A DNA stretch of 64,000 nt. Origin: Geosiphon pyriformis uo1. Taxonomy: Eukaryota; Fungi; Glomeromycota. A program made the position numbers and the translations under genes. The stretch covers positions 1,360,524 through 1,424,523 of the forward strand of contig JAAOMT010000571.1 in assembly GCA_016748015.1 (NCBI GenBank), in the 5' to 3' direction. Below are positions 27,905 through 37,278 of the stretch, piece by piece (the first letter of the stretch is position 1; each line of letters begins with the position of its first letter). The notes under the pieces were generated by a model. That model had not been told where the DNA came from, ran no database searches, and was given only the letters and a program-made list of their open reading frames with translations.

Positions 27905-28781
27905 TGTTATGGTTTAAGAATTTAGCAAAAAGAATCATAAAAATAATACAAACTATTCAATCATAATATAGCACAGTAATGATCTTAGAAAGGTAATGAT
28001 TAACATAGTAGCAAACACCATCTCGCGATAGTGGCAAGCACCAGTTCACAATAGCAGCCAACACCAACTGGTGATAGCAGCAAACACCAGGTTGAAATAT
28101 CAAAAAAAAGTATTACAATGTGTTTTCTTGTAGAACTACAAACATGTATATATACAGTAGTTTTAATATTGGGAAATAATTAATCAAGTAATAAAAATCA
28201 TAACTTATCAAGCAATAGATCCAATTTTATCCAACAAACTCCACTTTAAATCATACTTTCAAATTAAATATCCCAAGAAACCTTTAAAATCAAAAAGAAA
28301 TGAAAAAGAATATTTAAAACTGAACTATTACAACCCAAAGTATTAAGAAACTTACTTGTATTATTTATTGAATGAAACTATCATTCATCAACTGAATCCC
28401 TTGGAAAAATAATCCTTGATCAAGATTATTCATGTTGTTATTAATTGATAAAAGCTTTATTGTAAGAATTAGAAAAGTGCTAAAAGACCATTAACATTCT
28501 GTGTTTCTAGAGTAAAGAAACACATCAGGCAATTGCAAGGATAGCCTCAGAGAAGACCCCAAACAGTGGGTAGATTTCAGTTCAGCCTCTGAAAAGAAGT
28601 ACATAAACACACACAACAATCAAGAATCGAAGAATAACTTACATTGCAACAGTAAAAAGAAAGCCTTCAGTGTAACAGTGACATTATCACACAAATAAGA
28701 ATTGAGGAACTCACGAAAGACTGATTGCAATTAAAACAGGATATCAGCAATTAAATATAACAAGAAAACTATTCCGTAACA
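27905..28781 (+). repeat. 5' LTR of D
   Basis: TGTTATGG...CCGTAACA; about 97% identical to the 3' LTR pieces. Confidence 0.95.
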
Positions 28782-28783
28782 TT

Positions 28784-28800
28784 TGGTGAACCTTACGAGG
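28784..28800 (+). promoter_or_regulatory. Primer-binding site of D (TGGTGAACCTTACGAGG)
   Basis: TGG start 2 nt after the LTR; differs from the PBS of the other copies. Confidence 0.85.
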
Positions 28801-28863
28801 AAAGAAAATCAAAAAAGAAATAATAATTAGCAATAATTTATTGCTAAAAAGGAAAAGACAAAA

Positions 28864-31800
28864 GTGGCAACAAAAACCCCTAATCTTACTGTTCTTGAAT
28901 TCTGCCGTGCTATTTACACACAAAATCAAAGTGATCTTGGATTACCAGAAGGGTGTTGTCCAGTAGAATCTGCTCTCACTTATTATATCAACACCAGAAT
29001 AAATTATCATATAGGAAAGGAAGAAGAACCACACGACACAAAACTTGGATTGTATAGAAAATTATCACAATACACTACAAAAAAAGTAACAGTAATAGCC
29101 ACAACTATTGTCAAAATTCATCAAGAAATTGAGCAATACACCAATAAAAATTTTCCAATATCCACAGGAAACACTAGAGAACATGCCAACAAAACCAAAG
29201 AAAATTTAGAAACTAATCAGGAAAGTAACCAGCAAAAACTAGAAACACCAGCTCAAACGCCAAAGAAAACTGTCACTCAATTAATAAAGAAACAACGTAT
29301 TTATTTACCAGAAGATAAATCATACCATTTTTCACCAGAAAATAAAATACAAATTCTATTAAGAGCTGCATCATCATCAACATCAACTCCACAAACACTA
29401 AGAACTCCTAGTTATACTGATAAAATTAAACAACGTAACTGGGGAGACATACCAATTACAGGAGGATATTCATCACTATTCCAAAACCCTTTTTTTCAGC
29501 CAAAATTTAGAATGGGGTTTGAAAACCATGAAGAAGAATCTGAATCGGAATCCGAAAAAGAGACCAGCGAAAAAACAATTACAAGACCAGTCACTGGAAC
29601 AAGCAGCCAGTCCAGAAACCAAGAAACTCATGATCAAGAGGAAGAACCGGATATAAGGGAAGCCACCTTTAGGAACGCTCAAGGAAATATCATCCCACCT
29701 CCTCTTAGACCAATAAACCCACCAGCAAAAAACGGCAACAAAATAACCACACCATACATTGCAAGACTAACAAATTTCTCAGGAGAGGAAGAAGAAACGG
29801 ACATGCACACATGGCTCAGAGAAGCACAAAAAGCCATCCAGGCAAATAACTGAAACGACCAAAGAGCAATTCAAACATTACCTTTCTTCCTGAAAAGCAC
29901 AGCCAACTCGTGGTATCAAAGCCTGGAAACAAAACCCACGAGCTTCGCCAAATTTAAAAATGCACTCCTGAAGTATTTTAGCGACCCAAACGCTGTAATC
30001 CAACTACAGAACAAATTCAATACTATCAAGCAAAATACCGGTAAAACTGTCACCCAATACCTTGCTCAATTCAATCAAATTCGCCATCAGATTGAAGTGA
30101 TTGAACAAGGATACTACACTGATTCTCAGGTTTTAAATCAGTTTATTAGAGGATTAAAAAACAGCATTTTAGGAAGAGTACACCCTGCCCACCCTAATTT
30201 CTTATCAGAAGCCGTTATACTTACCAGAGCCCTTGAATCGGCTGAGAAAGAAGCTAATCATAGTTAAATGGTTAACATGGTAATGGAGGAAAATAAGACA
30301 GAAACATTAGAGAAAAGAGTAATGCAATTAGGGGAGGAACTCTTTAAGAAAATAGAAAGTTACCTCATCCCGGATCTGAGAAAAAATACATACCAACCAC
30401 CCCAAAGACGCAGCCAGGAAGTCAGCGACAGTCGAAATAATTGCTCGTCATGCCAGGAATTCAGAACAGAAACACATGCCTGCCATTTTTGCAAACGCAT
30501 AGAACATTTGATTAGTCAATGTTGAATGTGAATGATGCAGGAAGCATGTGAAAATAATTACTACGTGCCACCCCAAATGCCCAGAAACCAGTACATGCCA
30601 ATACCATGCCAATATCCCACCACGTATCAAAATCAAGGAGCTTACCAACAACAGCCCATGATAGCCAACCTGAATTGGCGTCCCGAGGCCCGAAATCAGT
30701 CCATGTGGAACCAGAACGCGTTGGTCCAAAGGAATCCAAACTGCACCGGAACCAATCAGCAAACCAATTCAAACTACCAAAATTATCAACAAACTTACCT
30801 TAATATACCAGAAAATCTGATCATCGGAAACAATGACGGTAGAAACATAAACAGAACCAAGAATTTCTTCAAATTGAGCCAGACAATACCACTAGTAGTT
30901 GCCACCAAAGATAGCAGCCTTGCAGCTATTTTTTCTTTTGAATTAGAGAAAAACGAGGCTATGTTCAGTGTAGCAGCATTGGACAAAAAACGCCCAATCA
31001 CTACTATGTATACCAAAGCCACTGTAAACAATACCCCAATCAAACTTATCTTAGACAGCGGATCTGCTGGAAGCATTGTAACACTTCAAAGTTGATCATG
31101 CTGTGACATTCCAAATCATAACAGCTGATGGAAGTACAAAGCTGCCTCATGGTGAAATCAACTCATTCCCTTTCGAAATTAATGGCATAGTAATACCTAC
31201 AAAAGTATTAGTAATGGACGTTACACAATATCAAGCATTAGTAGGGAATGACTGGCTAACAAAAGCCAATGCCACCCTAGACTGGACCACCCAAGAGCTT
31301 CTGATAAATTATAATGGCCACCAGGCCAAAATTCCAGCCACCTGTGGCCACTTCCAAAAACCCAGCGCCAACTAAAGACCTACCTTCGAATTTGAGGAAA
31401 ATCCAGCACTACCAGCCATTGGAACCTATCAGCTCTCTTGGGCTGATGACCAAAGAACAGGACTACCAGCCGTACCAACATGGACCAGCGAAAAAAGATC
31501 CGAATGGAACCAGGTAAGTTCACGAAGAAACCACCAGCAACGCAGACCAAAGCTAGAATGCTCGGTTTGTAAGAAGAAACTCTCGTCTATGACTGCATGC
31601 AGCACACCGGACAAAGACCCAAGAAACCCCACCCACTACTATTGTAACCATTGTAACAAAGAAAAATACGGTTACCCAGAAAGACATGGAAAATGGGACG
31701 AGGAACCGTGCCTCGCTTGTGGAGAACCATTACCAAAAGGGTGCGACTGAAACGACATACCAGGCAGAAGAGGAATGTGTGATGCAACTTGCCAATACAC

Positions 31801-34549
31801 AATTCTCATCTGTGACTGGGTAAGAGGAGGAACGCCGTTCAAAGCAGTGTTCAACAGAGTGTTAAAAAGACTACAGCACTACCCACATGACGAGGACGAG
31901 TTGTACAACACCACACAAGCCAAAGTAAGAGGAGAAACCGCCAAAAAAATATGATGTTGGAAAGAGTTAGCTGAAGTAGCCAATGAAGTCACCAGCTACA
32001 ACATGTTCGACCCAGTGGACGAATTTCAGAACTACTACCAACAACTATGCCCCACTCAACAAGAGCAAGAACAATACTTCACCCAAATCAACACTTATCT
32101 CTGCGAAAACTGTCTCATCCCATGCCAAAATCAGTGCTGTGAAGAGTGTTAAGATGAAAGAGACTTAGAAAGAAAAATGGAAATTGAGAATCAGCAGTCT
32201 CAAAATCAATCAATAAATCAACAAGACTCACCTGACGATCCTGAGTCAGAAAAATTTGTAGCCTATACTGACCTAGAACAGATGACCAACATCCAATACT
32301 TCAACAATGGGCACTTAGGAATAATACCCAAAAGAGCCCATCCAACCGACACCGGATTTGATCTACGTTATCTGGAAGACCAATCTACAATGTTACCACC
32401 CAAGAGCATCACCAAAATCGACCTAAAAATAGTGGTTGAAATTCTGCCAGGAATAATGGTTCAAATGGCATCACGATCAAGTCTCGCGAAAAAAGGAATA
32501 AGTGTTCAAGAAGGAGTAATTGACTCCGGATACACTGGAAATTTAATGGTTTTGCTACAGAACAATTCAGAAAAGCCTTATACTATTGAATCTAAGAAAA
32601 AGATTGCACAAGCAATTTTCTTACCATTGGTAAAAATTGGGAAATTCATGCCAGTGGAAAATCGTGAGGAATTGTCACAAACAACGAAAGGAACTTTTGG
32701 TTTCAGATTAACAGGAAAAGGAATTGAAGTGAATTTTGCTAAAACAATAGAGGAAAAAAGCGAAGTAATTAAAAATGAGCAGTCCATCACACTCTTACCA
32801 TATGGAAAATCAGAAATAAGAATAAAAAAGACAATTAAAGAAAAAGACCTAATATTTGAGCCCTATCCAGAAACTTGCCAACAGTTTCTCATAGGACTTA
32901 CTAACCTTTTTATTCCAGCTGATAAAGCTCAATGGATAAAAATTCCTATCACAAACACTACAGAAGAACCCATTTACATTCCGGAAGATACCATCATTGG
33001 ATACCTCGGAATGGAGCTAGAAAATGCGTCAACACCACAAGAAATTCTAAATTTCTCAGAAATCGCCCTCTATTGTGAACTCACTTCAATAAATTGGCAA
33101 CAACTGTTAGAATGCTATCAATTTACGCCAAAAGAATTGGCCAAATTAAACATTGGAACAATGGATCCTGACCAACAGCGACAATTAAAAGCATTAATTT
33201 TAAAATACTCTGATATATTTTCAAGAAATGGCGAATTTGGAAGAACCAACTTGGTTCAACACCAAATCCCCACTGGAGACGCCAGACCTGAAAAACAACG
33301 CACTTACCGTGTCCCACCAATGGAGCATAATTTTATCAGAGAAGAAGTCCAAAGCATGTTGGAAAAAGGAATAATACAACCATCAATAAGCCCATGGTCC
33401 TCACCAGTTGTTTTAGTAAGGAAAAAGAATGGAAAAATTAGATTTTGCGTCGACTATCGCAAACTAAACAGCAAAACAACCAAAAACTCATACCCAATAC
33501 CATTAATTGATGAAATCTTTGATGTTTTTGGAGGAGCAAAATGGTTTTCTACACTGGACTTGACCAGTGAGTACTGGCAAGTGGAAATGGACCCAAAGGA
33601 CAGGCATAAAACAGCATTCACAACACAAAATGGCAATTATGAGTTCAATGTAATGCTATTTGGATTAACAAACACTCCTGCGACATTCCAAAGACTAATG
33701 GATGTAATTTACTTTGGAATCCTGTGGCAATCCGTTGTTGTCTACTTGGATGATACAAATGTTTTCTCATCAAAATTCACAGATTATTTCCAACATTTAC
33801 AACAAGTTTTTGAGAGATTGAGACATGCTGGACTTAAACTAAATCTAGAAAAATGTTTCTTTGGGAAAAATGAGCTAGCATTTTTAGGACACATAGTTGG
33901 AAAAGATGGAATAAAACCAGATCCATCAAAAATAGACAAAGTGAAAAATTTTCCAGTATCTCGAAACGTTTCAGAAGTTAGAAGCTTTTTAGGACTCGCA
34001 TCTTACTACCGCCACTTTGTAGAAAACTTTTCAAACATCGCCAAACCCCTTAATTATCTACTATCTAAAAATGTGAAGTTTGAATGGACTGAAGCACAAA
34101 AAAAAGCTTTTGAGTACCTTAGACAAAAGTTCATTGAATCACCAATAATGATCTATCCGAATTTCAACAAGAAATTCATTTTGGCCACAGATGCCTCTGG
34201 AACTGGACTTGGAGCCATTCTGTCACAAAAAGATGATAATGGAAGAGAACGTGTAATTGCTTATACCAGCAGAAGTCTCAGTACAGCAGAACAAAACTAT
34301 GCAGCACATAAACTTGAATGTTTAGCAGTAGTTTGGAGTTGTGTTCACTTTGACACATATTTACGGTACCAACCCTTTGAGATTACGACAGATCATAGAG
34401 GTCTGGTCTGGTTAAATAACAAGAAAGCACTAAAAGGAAAATACACCAGATGGTCACAAACGTTAGCACCATACGATTATATTATCAAATACAAAGAAGA
34501 TACCAAAAATGCTAATGCCGACTGTTTGTCAAGAATAAGACACACATAA
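28864..34549 (+). pseudogene. gag-pol: Gag-PR-Cys-rich-dUTPase-RT-RNase H polyprotein of D (few stops, one inferred 23-nt deletion at ~31090)
   Basis: ORFs 28864, 30268 and 30532 are in one frame; CHFCKRIEHLISQC; LILDSGS; 790-aa ORF with RFCVDYRKLN, YLDD, TDASG, TDH, NADCLSR. Confidence 0.96.
32330..32719 (+). CDS. dut: Trimeric-type dUTPase domain inside Pol of D (homologues at ~2970-3360, ~16255-16650, ~47325-47720, ~52758-53150)
   Basis: Five motifs: DTGFDL, RSSLA, GVIDSGYTG, IAQ, KGTFGFRLTG (decayed RGxxGFGSTG). Confidence 0.93.
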
Positions 34550-34578
34550 AAATTACCAATCCATCCACCACAACAACA

Positions 34579-35386
34579 ATAAACAACCACCTTTACAAAA
34601 ATCTCAGCCAATACTTGGAAACACTACAAATAGACAAAGAAATGCCAGTAAAAGAGCTAATTAAGCTCCAAAAATTAGCAAAACACTATTTCATCCAAAA
34701 TCACATACTTTATTACTGGAATCGACAAAATCCAGATAATCCATTAAGAGTTATAACTACGGATGAAAAAGAAACTATCTTATTTAACATGCACTCAGAT
34801 ATTTATTCAGGCCACTTTGGAAAAACAGCAACCATCCAACGTGCAACTAGCCATTACTATTGGCCAAAAATAAGTTCAGACATAATCCAATACATAAGAA
34901 NNNNNNNNNNNNNNNNNNNNTGAGATTACGACAGATCATAGAGGTCTGGTCTGGTTAAATAACAAGAAAGTGCTAAAAGGAAAATATGCCAGATGGTCAC
35001 AAACGTTAGCACCATATGATTATATTATCAAATACAAAAAAGATACCAAAAATGCTAATGCTGACTGTTTGTCAAGAATGAGACACACATAAAAATCACC
35101 AACCCACCTGCCACAACAACAATGAACAACCATCTTTACAAAAACCTCAGCCAATACTTGGAAACACTACAAATAGATGAAGAAATGCCAGTAAAAGAGC
35201 TAATTAAGCTCCAAAAATTAGCAAAACACTATTTCATCCAAAATCACATACTTTATTACTGGAATCGACAAAATCCAGATAATCCATTAAGAGTTATAAC
35301 TACGGATGAAAAAGAAACTATCTTATTTAACATGCACTCAGATATTTATTCAGGCCACTTTGGAAAAACAGCAACCATCCAACGTG
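34579..35386 (+). pseudogene. int: Integrase N-terminus of D, present twice around gap 34901-34920 (starts 34579 ATA, 35122 ATG)
   Basis: NMHSDIYSGHFG (HH of HHCC), YYWP; separate frame from Pol. Confidence 0.88.
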
Positions 35387-35437
35387 NNNNNNNNNNNNNN
35401 NNNNNNAGATTCCAAAATAGCAGTCAAAATTAAAACA

Positions 35438-36106
35438 ATGATACTTATTCCAGAAAACATCAACAATATAACTCAACAATTAGTTGAAAGCTTACAACAA
35501 TTAAAATCTGATCTAGAAATCACAGTTAATAGCTCCAAAATAACATACATAAAAAGAACAATAAAAAATCCAAAAACAAGAAAAGAACATAATTTTGAAC
35601 CATATAATATTACCAAATATAACAACAAATTTATTAGCAAAGTTATTGAAAAATTAGAAATAGCATTGGGCAATACATTAATAATGGAAGAAATAGAAAT
35701 AAGTGAATTAACACCAAACACATTTAGCAACTTGAAAACAAAATTTCCAATTAATTACTGTTATTATCAACTAGGAAAGCACTTAAACATACAAACATTA
35801 TACTCAAAAGACTCAACTAAAGTGTTTGACAAAACAACTATCCAACTATTAGAACTTTTCATTGGAAAAACCAACACTACATTCCATTCAAAAACAGTTT
35901 ACAGAATTTTCAAAGCATTTGAAAACTGTCACAAATTATTGTTGGACCCAACCATGAACATAATAACAACCAACAGTATTGAACGACTTACCAACTCACA
36001 ATTTCAAGAATTATAACAACAAATTAATAACACAGTATTGAACCACTATAGTAACTTAGAATTTAATAAAGAAATTAACTTCGATTTCGATGGAGCTCAA
36101 TCTTGA
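35438..36106 (+). pseudogene. ORF3 of D, unknown ~222 aa protein with one internal stop (36014)
   Basis: MILIPENINNITQQL...YCYYQLGKHLNIQTLY...LTNSQFQEL...FDGAQS*; stop overlaps PPT GAAAGGAGGGG. Confidence 0.88.
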
Positions 36107-36119
36107 AAGGAGGGGATAA

Positions 36120-36417
36120 TGTTATGATTTAAGAATTTAGCAAAAAGAATTATAAAAATAATACAAACTATTCAATCATAATATAGCACAGTAATGATCT
36201 TAGAAAGGTAATGATTAACATAGTAGCAAACACCATCTTGTGATAGTGGCAAGCACCAGTTCACAATAGCAGTCAACACCAACTGGTGATAGCAGCAAAC
36301 ACCAGATTGAAATATCAAAAAAAAGTATTACAATGTGTTTTCTCGTAGAACTACAAACATGTATATATACAGTAGTTTTAATATTGGGAAATAATTAATC
36401 AAGTAATAAAAATCATA
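36120..36417 (+). repeat. 3' LTR of D, first 298 bp (last 108 bp at 37299-37406)
   Basis: Aligns to 27905-28202 with 7 transitions. Confidence 0.93.
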
Positions 36418-36437
36418 NNNNNNNNNNNNNNNNNNNN

Positions 36438-37278
36438 GCCAACGAAAAGGAGGAGCAAAAACAACGGAATTATTAAGACCAATAAAAGTTGGACAGCCAT
36501 TTGACAGAATCAGAATTGATTTAGTTGGACCCTTACCAATAACAACAAGAAACAACTGTTATATTGCAGTAGCCATGGACTATCTCACCAAATGGCCAGA
36601 AGCTAGAGCTATTAAAACAGCTGATGCTATTTCCATAGCTCAATTTGTACATGAAGACTTAATTTGCCGACATGGATGTCCACAAGAATTGCTATCAGAT
36701 CAGGGCACACACTTTGTAAACAGCACCTTAAAAGAATTTAGCCAAAAATTTGGAATCAAGCGACCACTGTCATCACCATACCACCCTCAAACAAATGGAT
36801 TAGTTGAAAAATTTAATCGCACATTATGCGAATCACTGGCAAAAATTAGTAACGAACATGAAAAAGAATGGGATTTGTTCATACCAACAGTACTACTAGC
36901 ATATAGAACAGTAAAACAAGATACTACACAATTCACACCATTTGAACTAATTTATAGAAGAAAAGCCACATTACCAGTTGAATTTACTATCCCAACTTAT
37001 CCAAGTGACACTATCACGGAAGCAACATTCCAGGAAACATTACTTAAAAGAACATACGAATTAATAGGAACTTTAGAAAACAAAAGAAGAAAAGCAGCAC
37101 AAAATATTGAACAATCACAAGAACAACAAAAAGTGAGACATGATAACCAGTTACCAGATAATATAATTAGCTACAAAATTGGAGATAAAGTATTGTTGCA
37201 TCGTACAAAAATGGAAAAACAGTGGAGTGGAAAATTTGATCACAAGTGGGATGGACCATTTTATATTCACAAAATACT
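36438..37278 (+). CDS. int: Integrase core of the D family on a mis-ordered contig
   Basis: IDLVGPL, LLSDQGTHF, NGLVEKFNRTL (D,D35E), WDGPFYI; bounded by N gaps. Confidence 0.93.

Noticed and set aside
32330-32719. Host or bacterial dut gene
   Set aside because: It is in frame within the retroelement polyprotein and repeated in each copy that retains this region.
35438-36106. ORF3 as an env gene
   Set aside because: Too short, with no signal peptide, furin site or transmembrane segment visible.
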